A stretch of DNA of 64,000 bases, from NCBI GenBank assembly GCA_041674765.1, contig JBAYVE010000001.1:2321-66320 (forward strand), given 5' to 3'. Of this stretch, positions 1 through 9,233 are shown piece after piece; within the stretch, counting starts at the first letter, position 1; every line of letters begins with the position of its first letter. The stretch is from Patescibacteria group bacterium. Lineage in GTDB: Bacteria > Patescibacteriota > UBA1384 > XYA2-FULL-43-10 > 1-14-0-10-43-13. Both the position numbers and the translations under genes were made by a program. Below the pieces are notes generated by a model that was not told the DNA's origin, did no database searches, and was given only the letters and a program-made list of their open reading frames with translations.

Positions 1-557
1 TCTTGATATTTATGACCGGTGAACTCAGCAAATTTCTTGGCGATTAAATCGGATTGATTAAAGCCTCTTTGATTATAACGATTTTTATGAAGTGGTACGG
101 CAGTTATCAAGACTTCCTTTTTTGCTAATAATGACATTAAAGTTCGATTATCGATGCGCTTAACCAAGAGCATTCCGATAATCTCGGAAATACCGGTCAA
201 TCCGCTGTATTTGAGATGATGAATCATTTCCTTGACCGGACCTGCATCGTATTTTGATGCTACAACCAGGTAATCGATTGAAAAACCATTTCTACTACGG
301 CATTTTGCGCATATTTTTGAATTTTCCGATATTTTACCACAGGCAAAACAGGTATCCGTTTTAACCATTTCAATGTTTGACGCACAATTAAAGCATAAAA
401 AATCACCAAATTTACCGCAATTTACGCATCGCCTCGGGAAGAATAACTCCAGGCAAAATAAGTATAATGGCCCAAGAAATAGCCCGTTAAATTTCTTGCA
501 CAAATAATTAGAACTCCACAGATGCCTTACTGTTGATAAAGTAGTTAATTGTTTCAT
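1..557 (-). CDS. comF: ComF family protein (double zinc ribbon + phosphoribosyltransferase-like), 3' end outside the window
   Basis: Manual translation, not in the ORF track: MKQLTT...LFFPRRCVNCGKFGDFLCFNC...CFACGK...ICAKC...IHHLKYSG...VPLHKNRYNQRGFNQS. Shows CxxC pairs and the RGFNQ motif. Confidence 0.9.
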   Translation of the reverse strand, partial: MKQLTTLSTVRHLWSSNYLCKKFNGLFLGPLYLFCLELFFPRRCVNCGKFGDFLCFNCASNIEMVKTDTCFACGKISENSKICAKCRSRNGFSIDYLVVASKYDAGPVKEMIHHLKYSGLTGISEIIGMLLVKRIDNRTLMSLLAKKEVLITAVPLHKNRYNQRGFNQSDLIAKKFAEFTGHKYQ

Positions 558-570
558 AAAACCGCCTGTA

Positions 571-599
571 TTGACTTATAATTGTTATAAAAGTATCAT
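571..599 (+). promoter_or_regulatory. sigma70-type promoter of hsp20
   Basis: TTGACT (571-576), 17 nt, TATCAT (594-599). Confidence 0.55.
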
Positions 600-649
600 T
601 TTGTTATAAGTAGGATTTATCGAAATTGGATTTGGCTGAAAGGAGGGCA

Positions 650-1027
650 ATGAATGCAACAGATACTAATAATGACTGGCTTGCTGATGAAGCAGACGGT
701 CAACTTTCGATTGATGTCTACCAGGACGATCATAACATTTATATTTTAGCCCCAATTGCCGGGGTAAATGCAAGTGATGTAGACCTTTCTATCACAGATG
801 AAGTAATTACAATCAAAGGAACTAGAAAGCCGGGTCACTCGGAGCCAAATGATCAACACTTTACCCAGGAATGCTATTGGGGACCTTTCTCCCGTTCCTA
901 CGTCCTTCCCATAGCCGTAAATGCAGAGAATTCAAAGGCTAGTTTGAAAGACGGTTTGTTGACCGTAATAATTCCAAAGGATGAGAAAGTAAAGACCCGA
1001 TCTATCAAAATCAACGAAACGAAATAA
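650..1027 (+). CDS. Hsp20/alpha-crystallin small heat-shock protein
   Basis: IDVYQD...QECYWGPFSRSYVLP...ASLKDGLLTVIIPK. ATG 650 follows AGGAGG; the track start is TTG 626. Confidence 0.92.
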   Translation: MNATDTNNDWLADEADGQLSIDVYQDDHNIYILAPIAGVNASDVDLSITDEVITIKGTRKPGHSEPNDQHFTQECYWGPFSRSYVLPIAVNAENSKASLKDGLLTVIIPKDEKVKTRSIKINETK

Positions 1028-1106
1028 GCAAAAGCTGTATTTGTTAGAGATTAAGGCACTTTCAAAAGGGCCTTTTTGTTTGATACAATGGTAATTAGCA
1101 AAATAA

Positions 1107-2054
1107 ATGTTAAACAGGAACTTTATGAAAAAAATTCGAAAAGCGGTTATCCCGGCAGCTGGCTATGGAACTAGATTTTTGCCTGCAACAAAAGCCATGC
1201 CCAAAGAAATGCTGCCTATTGTTGACAAGCCGGTCATTCAATATGTAGTTGAAGAACTAGTAGAAGCGGGGATTGAGCAGATTATTTTGATTACCGGTTG
1301 GCACAAGAGAGCAATTGAGGATCATTTTGACCGTCATCTAGAGCTAGAGCATAAATTATTTGAAGCAGGTAAGCTGGAGCAATTAGATAAAATTAAAAAG
1401 ATCTCAGAGATGGCCGAATTCGTTTATGTGCGACAGAAGGAGCAGCGTGGCAACGGTGACGCTATTCTGACAGCCAAAAATGTGGTAGGGGATGAGCCAT
1501 TCATAGTTTTCTGGGGGGATGACTTTATACTCTCCGAACCATCCCGTGCCAAACAGTTAATTTCTGCCTACGAGCAGTATGGCTCAACAATATTGGGCGG
1601 AATAATGACCAAAAATCCGGAGGACGCCAAGATATATGGTTTTGCAAAAGGACAGGAAATTGCCGACGGCGTAATCAAGGTTGAAGATTTAATCGAAAAA
1701 CCGGGAGCCGACAAAAAGCCCTCGGACCTCGCCATAGTTTCCGGTTTTGTTTTCCCGCCGGAGATCTTTGGGGCCTTAGAGGCATGCAAGATTGAAGAGG
1801 GAAAGGAATTGGTGTATGTCGACGGTGTAAACAAATTGAGAAATGACGGAATTCCCGCCTATGCAGTTGAAATCAAAGGCGGTAAATATTATGATTGTGG
1901 TAACGTAGTCAAATATATTAAAACCAACCTTGAAATCGCTATGCAGCGAGACGACATCAAAAAAGAGATGACGCCGTTTATCCGTGAAATGGCTGCCGGA
2001 TTGCAATCGGAAGACTCTGATAGACAAAGCTCTTCATATATCGTCAGCAATTAA
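1107..2054 (+). CDS. galU: UTP-glucose-1-phosphate uridylyltransferase
   Basis: KAVIPAAGYGTRFLPATKAMPKEMLPIVDKP and IEKP motifs; the start may be ATG 1125. Confidence 0.93.
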   Translation: MLNRNFMKKIRKAVIPAAGYGTRFLPATKAMPKEMLPIVDKPVIQYVVEELVEAGIEQIILITGWHKRAIEDHFDRHLELEHKLFEAGKLEQLDKIKKISEMAEFVYVRQKEQRGNGDAILTAKNVVGDEPFIVFWGDDFILSEPSRAKQLISAYEQYGSTILGGIMTKNPEDAKIYGFAKGQEIADGVIKVEDLIEKPGADKKPSDLAIVSGFVFPPEIFGALEACKIEEGKELVYVDGVNKLRNDGIPAYAVEIKGGKYYDCGNVVKYIKTNLEIAMQRDDIKKEMTPFIREMAAGLQSEDSDRQSSSYIVSN

Positions 2055-2080
2055 TATTTTATATAAATCTGGAGGGAGAT

Positions 2081-3460
2081 ATGAAACGGTTTGCGAAGAT
2101 AGCGAGCTACATAATAATAGCCGGCCTTTTTTCGGTAGCGCTCTCGGGCTGTACTGCAAAAAGTCAAAAGACGCCGGAAACGACGAAACTAATTGTCTGG
2201 GGATTTGAGGAGGAAGACGTCTGGAAACCAGTTAAAGCTGAATTCGAAAAAGCCAACAAGGGGATCGAACTAAATTATCAAAAACAGATCTTTGATGACA
2301 GATATGAAACCAGAGTTCTAAATTCAATGCAGTCAGGACAAGGTCCGGATGTCTGGGCAATGCCAAACGACTGGGTCTACCGCCATAAGGACAAACTTGT
2401 GCCAATGCCGGCTAACTTGGCCAAAAATGTCAACCTTGACACGCAATTCGTCCCCATAATCAAACAGTCTGTAAACTTTGACGATAAAATCTATGCTTTA
2501 TCACCATACGCAGAACCCATGCTGGTTTTTTGGAATAGCAGCATCTTCAAAACTATGGAAGAAGACTACAGTCAAAAAGAAAAAACACCAAGCCTGACCT
2601 CGGAGCAGAGAGATAAGACTTTACGGCTTTTTCAGTCCTTTCCAAAAACTTGGACTGAATTTACTGATCTAGCGAAGGCTTTAACGCTCAAAAGCAATCA
2701 GGAAATTCAACAGTCCGGAGTCGCGATGGGGAGTAGTAATATCCGACACAGTCAGGACATTCTAAACCTTCTTATGCTTCAAAATGAGACGAAAATTGTT
2801 TCGGATGATCTAAAAATTGCCACTTTTAATCTTCCCCTGGAGACACCAAGAGAGAATCCTGACATTCCAGGCAAAAGAGCTCTCGATTTCTATACCGCCT
2901 TCAATAATCCAAATAGCGCCAACTACTCATGGAATGATTCCCTTGGGAACTCTCTCGATGCCTTTGCGAATGGTAAAGTGGCTATGATCTTTGCCTATAA
3001 CTCAGATGAGAATTATTTAAAACAAAAGTACCCGAGTTTCTCATACAAAAAAGCTTTTGTCCCCCAAATTAGCGAAGAAACGAACAAAATTACCGATTTT
3101 GCCAAATTTACAGCTTTCGGCGTCAGCAATCAAACAGAATTAGCAGCACAAGCCTGGAATTTAGTATATAACTTTTTGGTTAATGACCCATCAACTCAGT
3201 TTGTCTCCGGAGCAGGGCTGTATAATTCCAAGAAAGCTGCCGAATATGATATCGCTCTTGCAAATAGAGATAACAATAGTCCTGAAAAACTAGAATTGGC
3301 CACGGCAAAGACCTTTAACAAGGGAAGATTTCCCGTTGAATTTGATAACTACATAAAAAGCGCTATATTTGCGGTAAATAAGGGATTACAAGACTCAAAA
3401 CAAGCTCTGGACCTCGCGGCGGAAAATGTGACTCAGCTTCTGAAAAAAACTGATTGGTAA
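2081..3460 (+). CDS. Extracellular solute-binding lipoprotein (sugar-binding family 1-like)
   Basis: Lipobox LSGC; GQGPDVW, IYALSP, PKTWTEF and FANGKVAMIF motifs. Confidence 0.85.
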   Translation: MKRFAKIASYIIIAGLFSVALSGCTAKSQKTPETTKLIVWGFEEEDVWKPVKAEFEKANKGIELNYQKQIFDDRYETRVLNSMQSGQGPDVWAMPNDWVYRHKDKLVPMPANLAKNVNLDTQFVPIIKQSVNFDDKIYALSPYAEPMLVFWNSSIFKTMEEDYSQKEKTPSLTSEQRDKTLRLFQSFPKTWTEFTDLAKALTLKSNQEIQQSGVAMGSSNIRHSQDILNLLMLQNETKIVSDDLKIATFNLPLETPRENPDIPGKRALDFYTAFNNPNSANYSWNDSLGNSLDAFANGKVAMIFAYNSDENYLKQKYPSFSYKKAFVPQISEETNKITDFAKFTAFGVSNQTELAAQAWNLVYNFLVNDPSTQFVSGAGLYNSKKAAEYDIALANRDNNSPEKLELATAKTFNKGRFPVEFDNYIKSAIFAVNKGLQDSKQALDLAAENVTQLLKKTDW

Positions 3461-3469
3461 GACAGGGGA

Positions 3470-5968
3470 GTGCTCTCAATGGGAGGAACCAAAAGAAAAA
3501 TATTTGCATGGGCCATGGCGGCGATCATAGTTTCGTCAGCTGGTTTTTTATACTTCTCTCTTCCTCTCGCCAGTGCCGACAGAAATTTTCCAGCGACAGG
3601 GGACTATTCTGTCAACCACTATTTTAAATTTCATATCAATTCGAACGAATGGAAAATTATCCGCCAGGTAATGAATGCCGATAGTCAGGGTAAAAAATTA
3701 GGAGAAGAAGGGATAGGAGAAAATCAGCTTCGTGATCTAATTTACAACGGCAACAAACTCCTGATGGGTGATCCGGCCCAATTCACCTATGGCAGACTTT
3801 ATGTCTATGAGAAATTCGGGCAATCAGGTTTTGACTTTCCCCTGGATTTGAGCGGAAATAAACGCTCGGCATGGCTTTTGATCCAAGAAAAGATGAAAGG
3901 CGGACCAGATCTTCATGTTTCGGGTAATAAGAGAACGTTAACTCCAGAGGAAAAAGTATTTCTTACCGACGGAATTTCATATATTCATTATCAATTAGCC
4001 CCTCCTGCCACACCGGTAGTAGAAGCGCCGAAGCCTCCTGAGACCCCAGTCGTAACAGCGACAGTTGCGCCGGCAAAGCCTGTCAGGCCCGCGATTTTGG
4101 ACCTCCAATATTCTACTAGACACAAAGCCGGCCCGGATAGCCCGCTGGTCTTTGTAATTCCCAATGCGACAACTCAGCTCGGATCCGAGAGGGTCAAGAT
4201 TCTCTCAGACCCAAAGTATCCTTTGGGAGCGTTTATGTACAATAAGGCTAGCGACTCCCGTATAGCCGTTGACCCCGACACGCTCTTTCTACCCTATGGG
4301 CTAGAGGTCAGCGATCTTTCGGCTTTCAACAGTACTCACGCCGAGTTTATCAATGTAGTTATGGAAATATATAAGTCTATTATTGATAGAGTCCAGGCGT
4401 CGGGAAATACAACAGACGATCAGGCTAAGACCGATCTGAAAGCAGCTCAAACGGCTTATGAGGCTCTAATTGATTATGTCAGCAGCAATTATCAACCGAT
4501 TGATAGCCTACTAAACTTTTGGGCAGAAAAAGGAACCTATCTGAAGGGTGAGGACGTCGAGATCATCATCGGCATGCCGAGCGTTCCGTCAAATTGGAAT
4601 TATGTCTCCGTCAAGGTTACGGAAGCAGGTTATAAGAGTGCTACAGATAGTGCTCTTGCTCAAGATAACAACTATGGTATTTCTATTTATAATGATGACA
4701 TAACCAAGTTTCCCATTACCGACCCTACGACTGGGAAACGTGAGGAACATACCTTTTGGAAAACAGATGGTGATACTAAGGCCGGCTACCATGGCATATT
4801 GGCCCAGATTTGGGGTCCGAACGGTCCACTGCGAAGCAGGCGAATAGTGGTCAATCTAGAAGAATATAGCGCTGAGAACAAAATCAATGTCAGTAGTAAA
4901 TCGATAAATCAGGGTGATACTTTGAAAATTACCGCTGATATATCTGATCAACAGGCCAAGAGAGATTCCGGACTTAGCTGTTTTTTCTACATTAGCGATG
5001 GCTTGGCGCCAAATCCGAATAAGGATGAAGGGGGTTATTGGCTAAAAGGCGAGGGGATGGGTTATGCTCTTGATAAATGTGCTTTCGATTGGAACACGGA
5101 TACCAATACTACAGTCGGCCTGCATACAGTCGGCTTTACTTTGTTGAAAGTTGGCCTTCATCCAACTTTTATTAAGAAACCGGAAACCCCGCCATTTCCC
5201 TGGGTTTATACCCAGGTCAATGTCTGCAAAAAGGGGTCGTCTTCCTGCAACAGTGACATTCCGCTACTCGGTATCAGTGCTACCAACACGGCGATAAATC
5301 AAGGAACAAAAACGACAATCACCGGCCACATTTCCGATCCCAATTCGGAGGAGGTCAAAGGCAAGCAATGTTATTTCTATGTTGGCGACCGGACAGGCAC
5401 TAATACTTGGATTCCGATGGCCAAAAAAGATCTATCTGATTGTAAATACGAGTGGAATACTATAAATAGTGAGCCTGATCTCTACGGCTGGCGGGTCAAC
5501 CTTCAAGCTCCGGGATTGTCCGGCCCCGATACAAATCCTGAGGCAGAGCCAAAATCAAAAACTCTCTTTGTTAGAGTATGTGAAAAGAATGCCACCAGCT
5601 GCCAAGCCCCAAATCAGCCCGATAATCCCAATCCTCTAGATCCTGCAGGCGATGGCACGGCAATCGTTCCCTTCAATGCAGAGGTTTCATCTTCCTCATT
5701 GATTACAATCGCCGGTTTGACGGCAGATATACAGACACTAGAACAATTACTTTTCAAGACCAAATATTACTGGCTGCCTCTTTTTCTTGGTGTGCTCTCC
5801 TTCATCGCTATTCTTTTCGGTGGATTTATGATATTAACCTCGGGTGGAAACGAGGAGCAGGCAAAAAAAGGCAAAAATTCCATCCTCTACGGAGCGATCG
5901 GGCTTGCTATTGGCACCGTCTCTTATGTTATTATAATTATATTAATCCGTGATTTTATCAATAAATAG
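3470..5968 (+). CDS. Large secreted/membrane protein with C-terminal VirB2/TrbC-like pilin domain
   Basis: N-terminal signal/TM, Pro-rich linker, two Cys-containing repeats. C-terminus is TM-GGFMILTSGGNEEQAKKGKNSILYGAIG-TM. Confidence 0.75.
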   Translation: MLSMGGTKRKIFAWAMAAIIVSSAGFLYFSLPLASADRNFPATGDYSVNHYFKFHINSNEWKIIRQVMNADSQGKKLGEEGIGENQLRDLIYNGNKLLMGDPAQFTYGRLYVYEKFGQSGFDFPLDLSGNKRSAWLLIQEKMKGGPDLHVSGNKRTLTPEEKVFLTDGISYIHYQLAPPATPVVEAPKPPETPVVTATVAPAKPVRPAILDLQYSTRHKAGPDSPLVFVIPNATTQLGSERVKILSDPKYPLGAFMYNKASDSRIAVDPDTLFLPYGLEVSDLSAFNSTHAEFINVVMEIYKSIIDRVQASGNTTDDQAKTDLKAAQTAYEALIDYVSSNYQPIDSLLNFWAEKGTYLKGEDVEIIIGMPSVPSNWNYVSVKVTEAGYKSATDSALAQDNNYGISIYNDDITKFPITDPTTGKREEHTFWKTDGDTKAGYHGILAQIWGPNGPLRSRRIVVNLEEYSAENKINVSSKSINQGDTLKITADISDQQAKRDSGLSCFFYISDGLAPNPNKDEGGYWLKGEGMGYALDKCAFDWNTDTNTTVGLHTVGFTLLKVGLHPTFIKKPETPPFPWVYTQVNVCKKGSSSCNSDIPLLGISATNTAINQGTKTTITGHISDPNSEEVKGKQCYFYVGDRTGTNTWIPMAKKDLSDCKYEWNTINSEPDLYGWRVNLQAPGLSGPDTNPEAEPKSKTLFVRVCEKNATSCQAPNQPDNPNPLDPAGDGTAIVPFNAEVSSSSLITIAGLTADIQTLEQLLFKTKYYWLPLFLGVLSFIAILFGGFMILTSGGNEEQAKKGKNSILYGAIGLAIGTVSYVIIIILIRDFINK

Positions 5969-5986
5969 TTATTATCTTCATAAACA

Positions 5987-6340
5987 ATGTTCCATTTGAT
6001 AGAAAAAGTCAGCGCTAAGAACCTCGGTGAAATCATCAAAGAGATGAATTTTACCGTATCAAACAGTCCTGTTCAGGCAAACAAAGATCATGACTGGGGT
6101 ACAATTTTGACCTTCGTTACAAGAGTGATGGAGATAGCCCTTGACTTTGCCGCTATCACTGCTGGTATAATGATGATGATGGGAGCGATAGGATATGCGA
6201 TGTCCTTTGGCGATGAAGCGAAGGCTGAGACAGCCAAGAAACAGCTTCTTTGGTCGATCATCGGATTGTTTATCCTTGCCGGCTCCAGGTTAGTTATCGG
6301 CTTTATCAGCCGTGAACTGACCGGTAAAGCATTACCTTAA
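5987..6340 (+). CDS. VirB2/TrbC-like pilin
   Basis: TM-GAIGYAMSFGDEAKAETAKKQLLWSIIGL-TM hairpin. Confidence 0.8.
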   Translation: MFHLIEKVSAKNLGEIIKEMNFTVSNSPVQANKDHDWGTILTFVTRVMEIALDFAAITAGIMMMMGAIGYAMSFGDEAKAETAKKQLLWSIIGLFILAGSRLVIGFISRELTGKALP

Positions 6341-6365
6341 ATAAAAACTTAAAACTGGAGGAAAT

Positions 6366-6680
6366 ATGATCAGTCAACTAGTCGAAAAAGTAGTTGCAAG
6401 CTATAACACCAACAATGTCGCGGTGACCCCACTTTCTAGCAATCTTACCCTTACCAATTTACTGGATAAGGTTGTTCCGTGGGTAGCTATCATCGCAGGC
6501 ACATTAGCCTTCTTCTTTCTTGTCTACTCCGGCTTCCTGTATCTGACGGCCAACGGAAATCCAGACGCTGCGAAAAAAGGTCAGGCGGGTATTATCAACG
6601 CCATCATCGGCTTGGTCATCATCTTCTTGGCCTGGGGTATCACTACTGCGATCGTAAATCTGCTAGGTGGTAAAAGCTAG
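6366..6680 (+). CDS. VirB2/TrbC-like pilin
   Basis: TM-YSGFLYLTANGNPDAAKKGQAGIINAIIGL-TM; GGAGG RBS. Confidence 0.85.
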   Translation: MISQLVEKVVASYNTNNVAVTPLSSNLTLTNLLDKVVPWVAIIAGTLAFFFLVYSGFLYLTANGNPDAAKKGQAGIINAIIGLVIIFLAWGITTAIVNLLGGKS

Positions 6681-8314
6681 CTTTTTGTCACTCTCCAGAC
6701 CTCTTCGATAGTAGTAGTCCCTAAAATTGCTTTTATAAGGCCGTCCTGCTCCATGGTAATCATCCCTAGAGCTTGGGCGGCTTTTTCGAATTCAAAGATC
6801 GAAGCCTTCTTGGAGATCAGCTGCTCAATCTGTTCGTTCGGAATCAGAACTTCGATTACAACTTGGCGGCCTGAAAATCCGGTGTTATTGCAGCTTTTGC
6901 AACCGGCGCCTTTCTTTAGCTTGATCTGACCTGAACTTATTTTGGCGTTGGCTTCTGCCGGCAAGCGGTCTTTGATCGGGCGCAGAGTATCGAGCACGAC
7001 CTGCCAGACTTCCGGTCTCGGTGTAATCTCTTCCTGACAATCAGGACAAACTTTCCGTACCAATCTCTGAGCCATAATCAGGTTGATCGAACCGGATAGC
7101 AAGAATGGCTGAACGCCCATTTCGAGAAACCTGGCGTAAACAGCAGGCGCTGAGTTCGCATGAATTGTGGATAAAAGTAAATGGCCTGTCAGAGCCGCTT
7201 GGACGGCAATCTCGGCGGTAGAGATGTCACGGATCTCACCAACCATCAAAACGTCAGGATCTTGGCGCAGAGAGGCTCGCAGCCCATCTGCAAACTCATA
7301 GCCGGCCCCTGGTTTGACCTGGCTCTGTTCAATGCCGTCTATTTTATATTCGACTGGATCTTCAAGTGTGATAATCTTGACACCGGGTTTCTTTAAATCC
7401 ATCAATATTGCATATAGTGTAGATGACTTACCGCTGCCTGTCGGACCAGACGTCAAAATCATCCCATGAGGTTTCGAGATAGCCTCGCGGATAATTGCCA
7501 GCGCATCTGGCCTGAAGCCTAACTTATCGAGGCTCAAGATTGATTTTTCCTGCCCCAACAAACGGAGAACTACCGACTCGCCGAACGCAGACGGCATAAT
7601 CGAGACTCTGAAATCTATCTCCTCTCTGCTATCTTTGAAGGAGAACCGGCCATCCTGCGGCTTATCTGTTATGTCCATCCGGAGCTTGGACATATATTTG
7701 ATACGTGCTATCAACTGTTTATAGGCAGGTATTGGCAGAAAGACAACATCCTGAAGTACACCGTCAACCCGGTAGCGGGTCAGGAAACCGTCCTCAGCCG
7801 GTTCTATATGAATATCCGAGGCATTGAGCTGCATCGCGCCGTATAGTAGAATTTCCAGAAGTTCGGTAGTGGAAGCTTTTTTCGCAGCGTCGGCAGCTGA
7901 TTTGATATCGGTGATCTGGACTTTATTTTGATGCTCCTCCAGCTCGGCTTTTTTCTGACTCAGCTCTGTCTTTGCCTTTTCATACTCATATAAACCATAC
8001 CGCCAACTGCTCTCAGACATCACCCCCGGCTGAAACTGAACACCTAATTTGTCCCCCCATTCAGAGAGGAAATTTATCGTTTCCTGATTTTTCGGGTCAA
8101 CGGCTGCTATTTTTATCTGCTTGCCAACTTTCAGATATGGTATCACTTTGTATCTAAAAGCGTTCTCTTCAGGCACCAAATCAAGGATTTCTTTAACTAA
8201 GGGATAACCGCTCAAATTGATATAGGGCAGTTTTTGCGCTTTCGCCCGCTCCTCAGTATGATGCTCCTCCTGAGTACGGTTGAGGAAATAAATTTTATCA
8301 TTTAGGGTTGACAT
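6677..8314 (-). CDS. GspE/PulE/PilB family pilus assembly ATPase
   Basis: ASDIHIEP, PQDGR, Walker A GPTGSGKS, LRQDPDVLMVGEIRD, and tetracysteine CPDC...CKSC. Confidence 0.95.
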   Translation of the reverse strand: MSTLNDKIYFLNRTQEEHHTEERAKAQKLPYINLSGYPLVKEILDLVPEENAFRYKVIPYLKVGKQIKIAAVDPKNQETINFLSEWGDKLGVQFQPGVMSESSWRYGLYEYEKAKTELSQKKAELEEHQNKVQITDIKSAADAAKKASTTELLEILLYGAMQLNASDIHIEPAEDGFLTRYRVDGVLQDVVFLPIPAYKQLIARIKYMSKLRMDITDKPQDGRFSFKDSREEIDFRVSIMPSAFGESVVLRLLGQEKSILSLDKLGFRPDALAIIREAISKPHGMILTSGPTGSGKSSTLYAILMDLKKPGVKIITLEDPVEYKIDGIEQSQVKPGAGYEFADGLRASLRQDPDVLMVGEIRDISTAEIAVQAALTGHLLLSTIHANSAPAVYARFLEMGVQPFLLSGSINLIMAQRLVRKVCPDCQEEITPRPEVWQVVLDTLRPIKDRLPAEANAKISSGQIKLKKGAGCKSCNNTGFSGRQVVIEVLIPNEQIEQLISKKASIFEFEKAAQALGMITMEQDGLIKAILGTTTIEEVWRVTKS

Positions 8315-8490
8315 TTTTTCCTTTCAATCTCACTTAAGTATAATAGAATCACCTTCTTTTGTCTAATGGAAATCCAAGATCAAATATGATAAGGTTGACA
8401 TAATAAAGAGTAGGGAATGGTAAAAAGTTAGCTGATAGGACTGATTGAAGATTGGTCGCAGAAATGCTTATAGATATTTCGATTACTTCT

Positions 8491-8580
8491 GGTGAGATGC
8501 CCGAGAGGCTGATGGGGCTGGTCTCGAAAACCGGTAACCGGGAAACCGGTTCGTGGGTTCGAATCCCACTCTCACCGCCA
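8491..8580 (+). tRNA. tRNA-Ser(CGA)
   Basis: GGTGAGA/TCTCACC acceptor stem, anticodon arm CTGGT-CT-CGA-AA-ACCGG, long variable arm, GTTCGAATCC, encoded CCA. Confidence 0.95.
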
Positions 8581-8581
8581 G

Positions 8582-8659
8582 CCTTCGCTAAAGCTACGGC
8601 TGTCAAGCCAGTAATTTAGCGAAGGGTGTCCGCCGAAGTTTTAACGAAGGCGGGCTTTT
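8582..8659. repeat. Inverted doublet of a CCT(T/A)CGCTAAAGCTACGG palindromic repeat; the distal copy doubles as a terminator-like hairpin
   Basis: CCTTCGCTAAA (8582-8592) pairs with TTTAGCGAAGG (8615-8625). The reverse complement of 8628-8650 is CCTTCGTTAAAACTTCGGCGGAC. A further copy lies at 43907-43930. Confidence 0.8.
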
Positions 8660-8670
8660 GTTATTAGACT

Positions 8671-8910
8671 ATGAATTATTATGTTTATATTTTGGAACTT
8701 TGCGATAAATCACATTATATAGGATCCACGCCAGATATTGATAACCGTCTCAGGGAACACCAATCTGGTTATTGTCTTTCAACCAAAGGTAAATTACCGT
8801 GTATCATGATTTGGCATGGCTGTTTTAACGACAAATTGAAAGCTCTAAGATTTGAAAAATATCTTAAATCTGGTTCAGGCAGGGCGTTTCGTCATAAACG
8901 ATTTGAATAA
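8671..8910 (+). CDS. Small stand-alone GIY-YIG nuclease
   Basis: YYVYIL...HYIGST...RLREH...ALRFEKYLKSGSGR. Confidence 0.92.
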   Translation: MNYYVYILELCDKSHYIGSTPDIDNRLREHQSGYCLSTKGKLPCIMIWHGCFNDKLKALRFEKYLKSGSGRAFRHKRFE

Positions 8911-9203
8911 TATGTTTAGGGTCTTTTTTGCCGACAGATATGGTATTTATTTAAACAGCCCACCACATGGGCCGTTAAAGTTATTATCGAATTATTTGCT
9001 TTTTGTGCTATTTCAAGTACTATTTGACCACGGGAAAGGTCTAGACCCACACGTCCCGCCAGTTGACCCGTCATAAATAAGTTTATTCCTCACTCCCAGT
9101 AGGCCAATAATTTGAAATTAGCTTGTGGCAGGGCAGATTCTTATAGCAAGCCATGCTCTTATTAAACGGCCTACGTCAATCAGGGGGAAATTGGAGAGCC
9201 ATT

Positions 9204-9233
9204 AAAAAAAGACCTCTTTCGAGGTCTTTTTTT
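9204..9233. terminator. Bidirectional intrinsic terminator
   Basis: A7-GACCTC-TTTC-GAGGTC-T7 at the yidC stop. Confidence 0.85.

Noticed and set aside
8349-8606. 85-aa minus-strand ORF
   Set aside because: Antisense shadow of tRNA-Ser and the adjacent repeat.
8582-8655. CRISPR array
   Set aside because: The copies are inverted, few and without regular spacers; no cas genes.
8852-9076. 74-aa ORF overlapping the GIY-YIG gene
   Set aside because: TTG start inside another gene, no RBS and no motif.
8491-9230. Prophage or island integrated at tRNA-Ser
   Set aside because: No integrase and no duplicated tRNA 3' end seen in the window.
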